Shown: piece after piece, positions 53,818-64,000 of the stretch
Layout of the letters: every line of letters begins with the position of its first letter
Numbering within the stretch: the first letter of the stretch is position 1
Assembly: GCA_963712115.1 (NCBI GenBank)
Contig: CAVQGX010000020.1
Location: 160,001-224,000 of the forward strand
DNA from: an uncultured delta proteobacterium
Lineage (GTDB): Bacteria > Desulfobacterota > Syntrophobacteria > BM002
Direction of reading: 5' to 3'
Length of the DNA: 64,000 nt
Notes under the pieces: model-generated
What the model was told of the DNA's origin: nothing
The model's database searches: none
What the model saw: the letters and a program-made list of their open reading frames with translations, nothing else
Translations under genes and position numbers: made by a program

Positions 53818-54964
53818 AATGTATGGCATGTGCTAATCTAAAGAGCGGCAAAATTACTGAGCCTACTATGAGACCCACTACTCCTCCCAAAAGAATCAGG
53901 GCAAGGGGTTCGATCAAGGAGGCAATGTTCTTTAGCTCCCGATCTACCTCAATGTCGTAATACTCAGCGAGCCGGAGCATCACTTTAGGCAGATTTCCAA
54001 CTTCCTCTCCCGTGGCCACCATTTGCTTGACCGAGTCCAGGACATAGGGATAAGTGGTGAAGGGCTGGGCGAACCTTCCTCCCTTCTCCACGTGATCCGT
54101 AATTTTATCTATGAAAAGCTTAAAATACCGGTTCTTGATGGTGGAGCGCGTTACTTCCAAAGCCTCCAGCAAAGGCACCTGACTCTGCATCAAATGTCCC
54201 AAGGTTCTAAGAAGTTGGCAGGTATAAATCTTGTTATATAGTCTTGACAAAATAGGTCCGCTCACACAGACTCGGTCTATTACTGTCTGACCAACCTCAC
54301 TCTCCTTCCAGAGCTTGACCCCAATGACGAGTCCTATGGTAATTATGATGTAAGCCCACCAATAGCCTCGCAGAGAAACGCTGAGGACCATCAAAAATCG
54401 GGTGCTCAGTGGCAGGATCTTTTCTTTGCCGGCGAAAAAGGTGGAGAACTTGGGCAGCACACCCACCAGGACGAAAACCACCACCAAGAACCCGACGAGA
54501 CAAAGAACAGCGGGATAAGTCAAGGTGGATCTTAACTGGGCGATGAGGGCCAGACGCTTTTCCTGCATTTCCGCCAGCCTTTCAAGAATCTCCTTTAGAA
54601 AACCGCCAGTCTCTCCAGCTCTGATCATGCTGGTATAAACATAATTGAACACCCGGGGATGGCGCCGCATGGCATCGGAGAGCTGCTGCCCCTCCTCTAT
54701 GTCCCTGTGTAAGACGCGAATCACTTCCTTGAATGCCGGGTTTTTGGTCTGCTTCTCCAGGGCTGCAAGCGCATTGGTAAGGGGTGTGCCTACCTCGAGC
54801 ATTAGGGCAAGCTGGGAGGTGAAGAAAATAACCTCTTTGGGTTTGACAGTAGACCTGCGGAATACATCCAGACTCAGCTTAGGCATACGGCTAGCCAGCG
54901 AGGTAGAGCTCTTCGCAGCCTGAGGAGAGGCCCCTTGTTCATATTGTTCATAACTTATGGCCAT
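53816..54964 (-). CDS. GspF/PilC inner-membrane platform protein
   Basis: FTSQLALMLEVG, RAGETGG, YP, GEEVGNL, LIEP, LPLF. Confidence 0.93.
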   Translation of the reverse strand: MAISYEQYEQGASPQAAKSSTSLASRMPKLSLDVFRRSTVKPKEVIFFTSQLALMLEVGTPLTNALAALEKQTKNPAFKEVIRVLHRDIEEGQQLSDAMRRHPRVFNYVYTSMIRAGETGGFLKEILERLAEMQEKRLALIAQLRSTLTYPAVLCLVGFLVVVFVLVGVLPKFSTFFAGKEKILPLSTRFLMVLSVSLRGYWWAYIIITIGLVIGVKLWKESEVGQTVIDRVCVSGPILSRLYNKIYTCQLLRTLGHLMQSQVPLLEALEVTRSTIKNRYFKLFIDKITDHVEKGGRFAQPFTTYPYVLDSVKQMVATGEEVGNLPKVMLRLAEYYDIEVDRELKNIASLIEPLALILLGGVVGLIVGSVILPLFRLAHAIH

Positions 54965-54984
54965 GAAAGTCCGCGCCTTCCCTT

Positions 54985-56694
54985 CTAAGTCTCAACTGAT
55001 GTTACTCTTTGGACCTCTTCTATGGTGGTGACCCGCTCCAACACCTTTTCGTAGCCCATTGATTTCAAAGTTCCGTGACCATTTTTCCGCAGGTATTCAT
55101 GCAAAACATCGATAGTCGGGTTCGTCAGGATAAGGGATTGCAGCCCCTCGTCCATTTCAAAGAGCTCATAAAGTCCGGTGCGGCCTTTGAACCCGGAGTC
55201 ATAGCAGTTGGAGCATCCCTTGCCCCTCGACAACTTGACCTGTTTGCCTCCATTGCAACCCAGTGCCTGCAGCACTTCTTTGGGGGGGTAGTAATCCGCT
55301 TTACATTCGGGACATATGGTTCTGACCAAACGTTGTGCCAGGGAAGCCAGCAGCGAAGAAGATATGAGATAGGGCTCGATCCCCATCTCCAGCAACCGTG
55401 TGATTGCACTGGGACTGTCGTTGGTGTGCAGAGTCGACAGAACCAGGTGTCCGGTGAGCGAGGCTTGAATGGCGATTTCGGCAGTCTCCCGATCTCTAAT
55501 CTCGCCCACCATGATGATGTCAGGGTCCTGTCTCAGGGCGTGCTTAAGGAAGCGGGAAAAGGTCAGGCCGATGTACTCCCTCACCTGATTCTGATTTATT
55601 CGATCCAGTTGATACTCCACAGGGTCTTCAATGGTGACCAGGTTCTTCTCTGGTGCGTTGAGCAAGGTCATAGCCGAGTACAGAGTGGTGGTTTTGCCAC
55701 TCCCTGTGGGGCCGCAGACCAGGAGGAGGCCGTGGGGTCTCCGTAAGAGAGATTTGAAGCGATCGAGTATCACTGGGGCGAAGCCCAGTGTGTTCAGGTC
55801 CAGCATGGCCGTGCTTTTGTCTAGGATCCGCAAGACCACTTTTTCACCGTGGATCCCCGGCATGGATGAAAACCTCAGGTCTACCTTGCGCCCCTCCACA
55901 TGAACCTGTATACGGCCGTCCTGGGGTATCCGTCGCTCCGCGATATCTAGATTGGCCATAACCTTCAACCTCGAGACCACGGCCGCATGCATCTCAATTT
56001 TAGAGGACATGAGCTCATAGAGCACACCGTCTATGCGGAGTCGAACTCTAAATCTGCCCGGTTCCGGCTCTATATGGATGTCACTTGCTCCATCTCGTAT
56101 GGCTCTCAACAAGACCATATTGGTCCAGTTGACCACCGGGCTCCCTTCAGCCATCTCGGCAATTTCACTGATCTCTCTTTCAAAGGAGGATTTAACCAGC
56201 TCGATATCAGACTCGTCAATATTGGCCATAACCTCATCCATGCTTACCTCTTTTTGGTAGCATTCATGGATGGCATCTATGATATCGTCCGCCCGGCAGA
56301 GTACCGGTTGAACCTCTAGGCCTGTGATCTTGGAGACCTCGTCGAAGACAAAAAAAGCATGGGGATCAGATGTGGCCAGGGTCAAAAGGTTGTTGATCTT
56401 GAACATGGGGATGACCTGGAAATGCAAGGCTTTCTCTTTGGGCAAGACATGGACAATCCTGGGATCTACCAAGCCCTTGCGCAGCCAGATGTGGGGGATA
56501 CCCAACTGCTCCCCTATGATAGTGGTCAGTTCCTCTCTGCTGAGGATATCCTCCTCCAGCAAGAGTTGCCCAAGAGGCTTGGAGGTTCCCTTCTGGGTAC
56601 GGAGAAATTCGGCCAGCTGTTCGGCTGTGATCAGACCTTTGCCGACCAGAATTTCACCGATTTTTTTTCTTCTGGGGACAAGACTGCGTTTCAT
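54985..56694 (-). CDS. GspE/PilB ATPase with N-terminal MshEN-like region
   Basis: KIGEILVGKGLITAEQL, ASDIHIEP, GPTGSGKTTTLY, LRQDPD, CPEC/CSNC. Confidence 0.93.
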   Translation of the reverse strand: MKRSLVPRRKKIGEILVGKGLITAEQLAEFLRTQKGTSKPLGQLLLEEDILSREELTTIIGEQLGIPHIWLRKGLVDPRIVHVLPKEKALHFQVIPMFKINNLLTLATSDPHAFFVFDEVSKITGLEVQPVLCRADDIIDAIHECYQKEVSMDEVMANIDESDIELVKSSFEREISEIAEMAEGSPVVNWTNMVLLRAIRDGASDIHIEPEPGRFRVRLRIDGVLYELMSSKIEMHAAVVSRLKVMANLDIAERRIPQDGRIQVHVEGRKVDLRFSSMPGIHGEKVVLRILDKSTAMLDLNTLGFAPVILDRFKSLLRRPHGLLLVCGPTGSGKTTTLYSAMTLLNAPEKNLVTIEDPVEYQLDRINQNQVREYIGLTFSRFLKHALRQDPDIIMVGEIRDRETAEIAIQASLTGHLVLSTLHTNDSPSAITRLLEMGIEPYLISSSLLASLAQRLVRTICPECKADYYPPKEVLQALGCNGGKQVKLSRGKGCSNCYDSGFKGRTGLYELFEMDEGLQSLILTNPTIDVLHEYLRKNGHGTLKSMGYEKVLERVTTIEEVQRVTSVET

Positions 56695-57035
56695 CGCTCA
56701 CTTTTAATGGCTTCGTGAATGTCCTCGTAAACGTGTAAATGGATCAGCCGAGTAGCAAAAAATATGTCACGGCAGACTTCGTTCAAGCCGATTATCATTA
56801 AGCGGTTTCCTTGATTTCTCAGCTCTTCATGCATCCGCACCAAGAGTTCAAGAGCCTCGCTATCCATGTAGGCTATGGCCTTGCAGTCCAGGATGATATC
56901 GCTCCTTTGTTGATTGATACACTCATCAAAGGTGGCCTGAAGTTCTTCGCGATTCTCATAGGTAAGTGACTTTTTGGGCGCAAGAACCGTCCTGCTACCT
57001 ACTCGGGCTATAGATATTGCCGATGATGATTGCAT
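56691..57035 (-). CDS. STAS-domain protein (anti-sigma antagonist-like)
   Basis: IILDCKAIAYMDSEALELL. Confidence 0.88.
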   Translation of the reverse strand: MQSSSAISIARVGSRTVLAPKKSLTYENREELQATFDECINQQRSDIILDCKAIAYMDSEALELLVRMHEELRNQGNRLMIIGLNEVCRDIFFATRLIHLHVYEDIHEAIKSER

Positions 57036-57045
57036 GGTAGAGACT

Positions 57046-58561
57046 TCACTCGTCAGGGCTGCATTTTTGCTTAAGGTCTTTTCTAAATACCTCTTTGAAT
57101 ACCTCCACCAACTCGGGGTCCAGTTGGCTTCCCGCCACCCTTTCCATTTCCTCGAGGGCTTCAGCCGGAGATTTGCCAGGGCGATATGCTCGGTTCGAGG
57201 TCATGGCATCGAAAGTGTCGGCAACGGCAATTATTCGGGCCTCCAGCGGGATCTTTTTCCCTTTCAGTCCGCCGGGATAGCCTTTGCCATCGTAGCGCTC
57301 ATGGTGGTGCAACATGCCCGGTAGAGAACTGGCCAGCTGCTCGAGGGGCTCAAGGATTGTGTGTCCTTTGGTGGGGTGGTTCTTGATAATCTGATACTCT
57401 TCGTCCTCCAAACGCCAGGGCTTGTTCAAAATGGACTCGGGAATGCCGATTTTTCCACTGTCGTGCAGAATGGATGCCCACTGGAGCACCTTTTTCCGCT
57501 CTTCGTTGAGACCCATTCGATCTGCCATGAGGAGTGAATATCGGCAAACCCGTTCGGAATGACCTCGGGTGTAATCATCCTTGGCCTCAATGGCGTAGAC
57601 CAGTGATTTGACCATGTTGATGACAAAACGTTCCAGGTCACGATAAAGATCTGAATTGGTAATGACCACGGCAATTTGCTCGGCCATAGAATTGAGAAGC
57701 CTTAATTCACTTCGTCGAAAGATTTCAGCCAAATTGAACGATACAAGCCCCATCCATCCGTAAAAGTTGTCGTTGTGTCTCATCTTCACCGCAAGAAAAC
57801 GATAGGACTCCGGGGCGTGTTTTTCATATCCCGGGGTTGTTCTCGAGTCATTGACGATAAAGTAGTTCTCTTCCAGAGAGGGTGAATTCTGTGGGATTGA
57901 ATCTATTAAAGTGTCAATAAAGACATTCTGATCGGAGATCATCTTGGAGGCTGCTGGGGTGCTCAGGAGAGAATTGTACTCCGGCCTCTCCGGGAGCCTG
58001 GCGAAGGCAATGTCTGTTCGCATGGTATCCATGAGGTCCGCAACGAGGTCTTTTAGCATCGCACCCGAGAAGGTTATTGTTCTTACCCGGCCGGCAATTC
58101 TGGCATAGAAGCAGAGCTGTTCGAAGTTATCGGTCAACTCTTCGGCCATCTCTTCCATTTCTTGTTGGGTGGCGAGCTTGTCTTCTAAAAGCGTCACCAC
58201 CTGACTCAGGAACTTCTCCATCTCGGCGGCAGCAGATGAATTGGGCTGCTGCTAATGTTTGAAATTGTGAGTGCTCGTGAGAGTTTGAGTCGAAGGCAAC
58301 TAGAGACCCCACCACCAGATCACCATCTCTAATAGGAACGCCAAAAAGCCCTTCCCCACCATTGGACTGAACATGATGGAATTTAGCCTGATTTATGATC
58401 GCCTCGGAAAAATCCTCTAGCTCCTGCAGAGGAGGCGTCATGTGCTGGTTGGAGCCGGCAGAGAATACCAACCCCTCATGGATGTCCCATATCTGGAAAT
58501 TCAGTTTGCTGATTTTGGCAAGGCTAGCCAGGAATTCTTTTGCCGGGCCCATCTTTATCAT
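57046..58561 (-). CDS. GAF plus HD-GYP phosphodiesterase (extra base near 58244)
   Basis: AKDDYTRGHSERV, LHDSGKIG, HHERYDGKGYP, ADTFDAMTS.R.YR; N-terminal part in ORF 58127..58561. Confidence 0.9.
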
Positions 58562-58938
58562 CCTTGGTCGTACAAATACTGGTCAACAAATTTCAAAATG
58601 GTCGACAAACTAAAGGGTTTCTCCACAAACACGGTGTCCTGCAGCTGGTTAATCCAATCTTCCTCGCTGGGAGAAATCCGGCACGTCATTACGATAGTTA
58701 GAAAAGGTCTTTCCTTTTTAAGTTCATTTACCCTTTCGCACAGTGCTTTGCCGTCAAGCTTGGGCATCATGATATCGGTGATAACCACATCTGGCTCCTG
58801 GGCTTTGATCAACTCGAGCCCCTCCTCACCATTTGTGGCGGTAATAACTCGGTATCCTTGGTTTTTGAATTTGAGCTCGATCACTCGCCTGATATGGGCC
58901 TCATCATCGATGACCAGAACGGACTTATTGTTTTCCAA
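58558..58938 (-). CDS. Single-domain response regulator
   Basis: VLVIDDE, TDIMMP, KPFS; TTG 58938 preceded by GGAGG. Confidence 0.9.
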   Translation of the reverse strand: MENNKSVLVIDDEAHIRRVIELKFKNQGYRVITATNGEEGLELIKAQEPDVVITDIMMPKLDGKALCERVNELKKERPFLTIVMTCRISPSEEDWINQLQDTVFVEKPFSLSTILKFVDQYLYDQG

Positions 58939-60754
58939 GGTAGTATTCCTCCTTGGGCAGCCTGATAACGAAATGACTTCCCTCGTCGATCTTGCTGCTG
59001 ACTTCAACCTCCCCACCGTGCAACCGGATAATCTCGGAAGTTAATGCAAGGCCCAGGCCACTTCCGGTCTGTTCAGTGACACGAGTGTCTGTTGAGCGGT
59101 AGAACTTGTCGAAGATATGGGCGAGATCTTCCTTGGAGATACCGTAGCCATTGTCGATTACTTCAAAAACAACAACGTCATCCTGCTCGGTAAGGGTGAA
59201 TTTGATTCGGCCCTTTTCAGGGGTATACTTAACTGCATTACCCAGGATGTTGATGATGCCAACCTTAAGTAACTCCTTGTCCCCGAATAAAGATGGGAAG
59301 TTATCCGGCAGGTTTCTCTCTATAGTGATGTTCTTCCTTTGAGCGGCTCCTTCCACTGCCGTGATGCAATCGTCAAAAAGCCAGTCGCTTTTAACCAACC
59401 CTTTGTTTAGGGTCAAACTTCCCATTTCAATTTTCGAGATATTCAGAAGGTTCTTTACCAGACGCGTCAATCTTCTCGTTTCGTCGCTAATGGTATTATA
59501 GAATTCCTTCTGCATTTCCATATTGTCAATCTCGTCCTCCATTAACATTTCATTGTATGAGTTAATAGTCGTCAATGGTGTTAACAGCTCGTGAGTAATA
59601 TGCGTGATAAACTCGTGCTTTGCTTTTTCAGATGATTTTTCAGTGGTTATATTCTTAAAAGAAATTACCTTTCCAATAACACCTTCTTCTTTACCTGTAA
59701 GATAACCAAGGGAAACCTGAAAGAACTCTCCTGAGGCCAGCTCGGGAAAGGTAGCTTCTATGTAACTGCTAGTCTTACTATGTTTGAATTCTTCTTGTTG
59801 GAAAATGAAAGCAGTAATTTGATCATGACCCAATATCTCAGCTAAGGGATGGTCCACGACATCACTGCGGCTCTTTTCGAGAAGGTTTAACATGTACGAA
59901 TTAATATGACTTATGTTGTCTTGAATATCAGTTACAATTATGCCGTAGTTTATGGAATCGAGAATGCTGAAGACGTTATTCTTTTCAAAGGAGATTATTC
60001 CACATTTGGTTGTCAGATCGGTATTTTCCGTCTGGATTCTTTGATATTTATCCCTTAGTTTAACTACCGATTGCTCTAGATCCCTTATGATCTCGCCAAC
60101 TCCACCATTCTTCACTTCAATGGAAGATGGTGGGGTTGAATCCAGGTAGATGCTTCTGAAGTTTTGATTTACTTCTTGAAGTGGGCGAAGTGCCAGGGTA
60201 ACGCCGTAGTAGACCAGGACGCCCATAGCAAAGGTAAAAAAGGCCATCATGGCCATAAGCCTCACCCGGGCTGGAGAGAATATGGTGATGGGAGGAAGGT
60301 CGAACCCCATTCTTACAGTTCCGCTTTTTTCCCCGTCTTGATAAATCGGTTTAGCGAATTCATTGATGAGATTGTCAGTTCCGTTCATCTTGAAGGTTTG
60401 GTGAACTAGCCCGTTCACATACAAAGATCTTTGCTTGACGTCAGCCGGTATTTTGTCGACCACCTCACGGTGGGCCAAGGAGAGGAGTGGTGCGCCGGTC
60501 TGGTCATGGACAATGCAATAAACCAGACCTTCCGAGGTGACGTACTCGGCGAGAGTCTTGACGATAAAGTCACGCTTGCCCGTATTGAAATCCTCCATTG
60601 GATGCAGAGCCATGAGACTGACAAGATAGTTTCCCTTGTGCCTGAGGTCTCTCGTTCTCTTATTCTCTTCGTGTTGGATTAGACTTTGGGCAAAGATAGC
60701 TATGCCGACAATGAACATAACGATTGTTGCAATACCGAACCGCGAAATTTTCAT
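58925..60754 (-). CDS. PAS-domain sensor histidine kinase
   Basis: Two TMs, PAS, HELLTPLT H-box, NAVKYT, DNGYGI, FYR, GSGLGL. Confidence 0.93.
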   Translation of the reverse strand: MKISRFGIATIVMFIVGIAIFAQSLIQHEENKRTRDLRHKGNYLVSLMALHPMEDFNTGKRDFIVKTLAEYVTSEGLVYCIVHDQTGAPLLSLAHREVVDKIPADVKQRSLYVNGLVHQTFKMNGTDNLINEFAKPIYQDGEKSGTVRMGFDLPPITIFSPARVRLMAMMAFFTFAMGVLVYYGVTLALRPLQEVNQNFRSIYLDSTPPSSIEVKNGGVGEIIRDLEQSVVKLRDKYQRIQTENTDLTTKCGIISFEKNNVFSILDSINYGIIVTDIQDNISHINSYMLNLLEKSRSDVVDHPLAEILGHDQITAFIFQQEEFKHSKTSSYIEATFPELASGEFFQVSLGYLTGKEEGVIGKVISFKNITTEKSSEKAKHEFITHITHELLTPLTTINSYNEMLMEDEIDNMEMQKEFYNTISDETRRLTRLVKNLLNISKIEMGSLTLNKGLVKSDWLFDDCITAVEGAAQRKNITIERNLPDNFPSLFGDKELLKVGIINILGNAVKYTPEKGRIKFTLTEQDDVVVFEVIDNGYGISKEDLAHIFDKFYRSTDTRVTEQTGSGLGLALTSEIIRLHGGEVEVSSKIDEGSHFVIRLPKEEYYLGKQ

Positions 60755-60973
60755 GGGACTTTCCTTTTTAATCGGTGACCGCTGTGGTCTCTCGATTAAT
60801 CTGTTGATTCGGGTAGATGGGAGAACATGTTTATTTTATGTAGGTTAATGCAAAATTTGTGCTCAACTGCTAGATGAAAATAAAAATCTATATCCGGGTG
60901 AAGGCTTTAAAATTATTAGAATAAAAGCTGCGTACCAAGATCCATCCAATCCAATAAATGTATACAAAAAGTG

Positions 60974-61041
60974 CCCTCTCCTCCTTGGGAGGAGAGGGCT
61001 TCGGCGTACCTTGTGCCGAAAGGTTGGGGTGAGGGGGGGGA
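60974..61041. repeat. REP-like palindrome with nested hairpin
   Basis: ccctctcctccttgggaggagaggg[cttcggcgtaccttgtgccgaaag]gttggggtgaggggg. Confidence 0.7.
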
Positions 61042-61101
61042 TGAACAGCCCTATTTCTGGGCTTTATAATCTGCGGCGTACCGCAGAAATTTTAGTAATC
61101 T

Positions 61102-63357
61102 TTACGATGTTGGAACTTCCGTCATGGGTTCGTCAGTGGCCTCAGTAGTAAGCTCCTCAGCCGGGGCTACCTCGCCGGTCTCGTCGACGGTGGTTTCCTC
61201 AGGTATTGAGGGAGCACCCATCACAATGGGTTCGTCAGTGGCCTCAGTGGTAAGCTCCTCAGCCGGAGCTACCTCGCCGGTCTCGTCGACGGTGGTTTCT
61301 TCAGGTATTGAGGGGGCACCCATCATAGTGGCTTCCTCAATGGCCTCAGCAGTAGGTTCCTCAGCAGGAGCTACCTCGCCGGTCTCTTTGAAGGCGGTTT
61401 CCTCTACTCCTTGCACCTCTTGGCCGCTACCTTCGTCAACCGGTTCAGGCGCAATAGTAGCGGGGGCGACACTAACCGGCTCAGAACCGGTGAGAGTAGG
61501 AACTATACCGGTAGTCTCACCTGGGGTGGTGTCCTCAGAGCCTAAAAATCCCTCATCTGATAACTCATCACTCTGGACCGCTACTGTCTTCGCCTCAGTC
61601 AATGTTGTTGTGGTTTCCTCCTCTGCATCATCGCCTGGCCACACCACATCTAGAGTTTGCCAGGCTTCACTGTCTGGTCGATCTGATTCCAGGGTTAAGC
61701 AATAGTCAGTCTGGTAGAACCGAAGGAGTGGTCGAATTACCATGACGTAATAGTAACCGTCCTCCGGCAGATCTGCCGACATATCAAAGGGGATCTGGTC
61801 TTTCTTTCTTGCCCTAAAATCAACATTTGGGATCGCATCCCGAATACCCAGGAACACCCTCCCTTTGCCTCTGCGGTTCAGCCAGGAATAAAAAAGTGTG
61901 TTTACCGAGGATTCCTCTCCGGCCATCACAGTTTCTTCCCCTTCTGGTGCCAGTCTCAAGGTGATCTTTTCACCTGCTTTGCCCTGAAACTTGAACAGGC
62001 CGATGGCACGATGTAGGGGGTTGTTTTTGAGTTTAAGTTTGGAGAGTTTAGGAACGTTAGTTTCGGAACTGGCAGTAGTTGCACTGGTAATGCTCGAAGA
62101 ACAGAGGGTTTTTACGGGCTCTTCATTCGGGGGAGCCTCCCCAACCACAAAGGTCAGGCCGTTTACCGCGGCTATGGGCTCACCGATGGTCAGAGCTTGG
62201 CCGTTCACATGATCTATCTTAAGAACATTTCCTGAACTATCAACACCGTACAAAACGTTCTCATGACTAAAGTCAAGAGCCACTACTGTAACCTGGCCGT
62301 TCGCCCCCACGGTTTGGATCGCACCCACAGTTTCGATCGAGAACTCTGGTTCTAAGCGGATCCTGATAAGATCACTTGCGCTGGAAACGGAGGCAACACC
62401 ATATAGTACCTTTTCAGATGAATGATATGCTAGACTTGTTACGTGCCAAGTCAATGAAGCAATAGTCTCTAAGCCTAATAACCCATCGGGAGTTTGACTG
62501 ATAGTAACCAGGCTATACTTTTCCACAGCCTGCAGAGCATCAATGTCGTCGGTGTGAAAAAGAACTCCATACAGGGTATCTCCTGCTGATTCGAGTGCGA
62601 CAAAGCCGCCCTCGACATAATTAAACTCGGCAACTTTGGTGCCATCATTTGGGTTAATGGTAACAATGCTACCGGGGTAACCTGTATCGTTGGCAGCGAA
62701 GAGCACCTTGCTAATAGGATCGAAGTCTATGTCGGCTATCGGGCCGATCTCTAGGGGGAAACGAAGAGAGCTTTGCCCATTATCAGGGTCGATACTTATG
62801 AGCGACCCACTTTCGGAACCAGTGGTACCCAACAGATCACCAACTTTAACGTCCGCGATGGGGCCAGGCGGGTTGGACGGATCTGAACATTGGAGAAAGA
62901 GCATGTAGGAACCGGTATTACCACCTTTATCAACAGCTACTTCACCTTCATTTTTTGAGGAGGCACTGATAGCAAGGTAGTAGGTGCCATCCACAATAAC
63001 TTTGATCTCAAGATATGGGTCGACAACAGTGATCTCTCCTGGCGCTTTGTCGTCATCGCTGGCACCGATTGGCTTTCCAGCGCCATCGAAGACTTCCAAC
63101 AAAGAGTCAAGGGAAGAAAGATCCTCCGCATCAACATCGATGGTCAGCACCTGGCCCGCCACAAGATCGATGGAGTAATAATCAACTTGATCAGCTGAAG
63201 TAATTTCGCCATTCCAGCTCGTTGGAGGATCAGAGCAGGTGACGGGGGTCGCAGTGGTAAAATCTGAATCAGTAGGTACGACCGCATGAACTACCGGCAC
63301 AGTGCCAAATATTAAAATGATAACTGCAAGTAAGATTAGTCTGAACGTGGGTTTCAT
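61102..63357 (-). CDS. Secreted protein with PPC-like domain, probable beta-propeller and acidic C-terminal repeats
   Basis: Signal peptide, DQVDYYSIDLVAGQVLTIDVDA...LDSLLEVFD...DD...DPYL...GTYYL; repeated LYG/IDP blades. Confidence 0.75.
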   Translation of the reverse strand: MKPTFRLILLAVIILIFGTVPVVHAVVPTDSDFTTATPVTCSDPPTSWNGEITSADQVDYYSIDLVAGQVLTIDVDAEDLSSLDSLLEVFDGAGKPIGASDDDKAPGEITVVDPYLEIKVIVDGTYYLAISASSKNEGEVAVDKGGNTGSYMLFLQCSDPSNPPGPIADVKVGDLLGTTGSESGSLISIDPDNGQSSLRFPLEIGPIADIDFDPISKVLFAANDTGYPGSIVTINPNDGTKVAEFNYVEGGFVALESAGDTLYGVLFHTDDIDALQAVEKYSLVTISQTPDGLLGLETIASLTWHVTSLAYHSSEKVLYGVASVSSASDLIRIRLEPEFSIETVGAIQTVGANGQVTVVALDFSHENVLYGVDSSGNVLKIDHVNGQALTIGEPIAAVNGLTFVVGEAPPNEEPVKTLCSSSITSATTASSETNVPKLSKLKLKNNPLHRAIGLFKFQGKAGEKITLRLAPEGEETVMAGEESSVNTLFYSWLNRRGKGRVFLGIRDAIPNVDFRARKKDQIPFDMSADLPEDGYYYVMVIRPLLRFYQTDYCLTLESDRPDSEAWQTLDVVWPGDDAEEETTTTLTEAKTVAVQSDELSDEGFLGSEDTTPGETTGIVPTLTGSEPVSVAPATIAPEPVDEGSGQEVQGVEETAFKETGEVAPAEEPTAEAIEEATMMGAPSIPEETTVDETGEVAPAEELTTEATDEPIVMGAPSIPEETTVDETGEVAPAEELTTEATDEPMTEVPTS
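61124..61405 (-). repeat. 102-bp (34-aa) intragenic tandem repeat, about 2.7 copies
   Basis: EETTVDETGEVAPAEELTTEATDEP(IVMGAPSIP) repeated. Confidence 0.9.
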
Positions 63358-63420
63358 TGCACATCCCCCTGGTCTGGGATCTACCCCAAATGAAGGTTAG
63401 TTTTGCGTACGATCCCTTCT

Positions 63421-63436
63421 CGCAAAAGTAGTGCCA
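63421..63436 (-). promoter_or_regulatory. Sigma-54 promoter of the secreted PPC protein
   Basis: TGGCAC-TACTT-TTGCG, about 64 nt upstream of ATG. Confidence 0.75.
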
Positions 63437-64000
63437 AAAGACTCATGTGTAAAAATAGATGTAAAATCAATTAGTTAATGGTGTGGTAACAATTTGACCT
63501 GGTCTGGCCAAATTGCCAGATTTTGCCAATTGACCAATTGTTGTTTGGCTAAAAGGCCAATTCCAGGGTTGAAGAAAAGGAATGGGGCAGGGATTGTACC
63601 CTTCAATAGCAAGGGTTAATGGCTTTGAGTCCATTGAGATATGTAGTTAATATGACGACGCTTTTAATATGGGATACGATTTTAACCAGAGGAAATTAGG
63701 CTTCCATTTGGTGAATAGACAGGATAGCCGGAGTATAAGGAAGGGGATCAGTTCAGGGTTCCCAACTGAGAGGTAAAATGGATTGTAATGTGAAAGTTTT
63801 TTCCTCTTTTTATTTTATCAACACGACTTATCCATATAATCCATGCTGCCAAATACGGCTAACCGCTGCAAATCGGAGAAAAGATGAACCATGTTTCCCT
63901 TGATCAGTTGGGCTGCTTTGGTGGTTTTTAAAGAGAAATAAGGAGGCTAAGGTTGATACTTTGGTGGGCTGAGCAATAAAGTTCGCTTATGTGTGAAAAT

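Noticed and set aside
60849-60864. Sigma-54 promoter before the PAS kinase (GAGCAC-AAATT-TTGCA)
   Set aside because: Lacks the invariant GG at -24. Position is suggestive, but it is not called.

Overview
Bacterial chromosomal window, most likely from an anaerobic Desulfobacterota (deltaproteobacterial) genome, inferred from gene content. About 15 one- or two-base indels split otherwise intact genes, which points to long-read assembly errors. Left to right: (1) an rnfCDGEAB operon with a divergent RnfC/RnfD, an RnfB fused to a GltD-like flavoprotein, a receiver-flavin reductase fusion and rseC; (2) a sensor kinase plus sigma-54 activator pair; (3) an Ig-domain lipoprotein and a secreted DUF1573-like protein with an in-frame TGA in a U-G-C motif followed by a SECIS-like hairpin, a probable selenoprotein missed by the ORF track; (4) two tandem minor-pilin/PilY1 cassettes (fimT-pilW-pilV-pilX-pilY1), each behind its own sigma-54 promoter; (5) a PilB/GspE ATPase and a four-helix-bundle gene sitting inside a repeat element that also occurs four times empty; (6) housekeeping genes (recN, acylphosphatase, ligA, DUF1786, nucleoside phosphorylase, HU, Nudix); (7) a second type IV filament/T2SS-like machine co-encoded with a kinase, receiver, HD-GYP and STAS module and a PilX-like pilin fused to about 12 NHL repeats; (8) a large secreted PPC-domain protein. 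Intergenic DNA is full of short-period inverted-repeat arrays and nested GC-rich palindromes. No rRNA, tRNA, CRISPR array, transposase or integrase was recognised.
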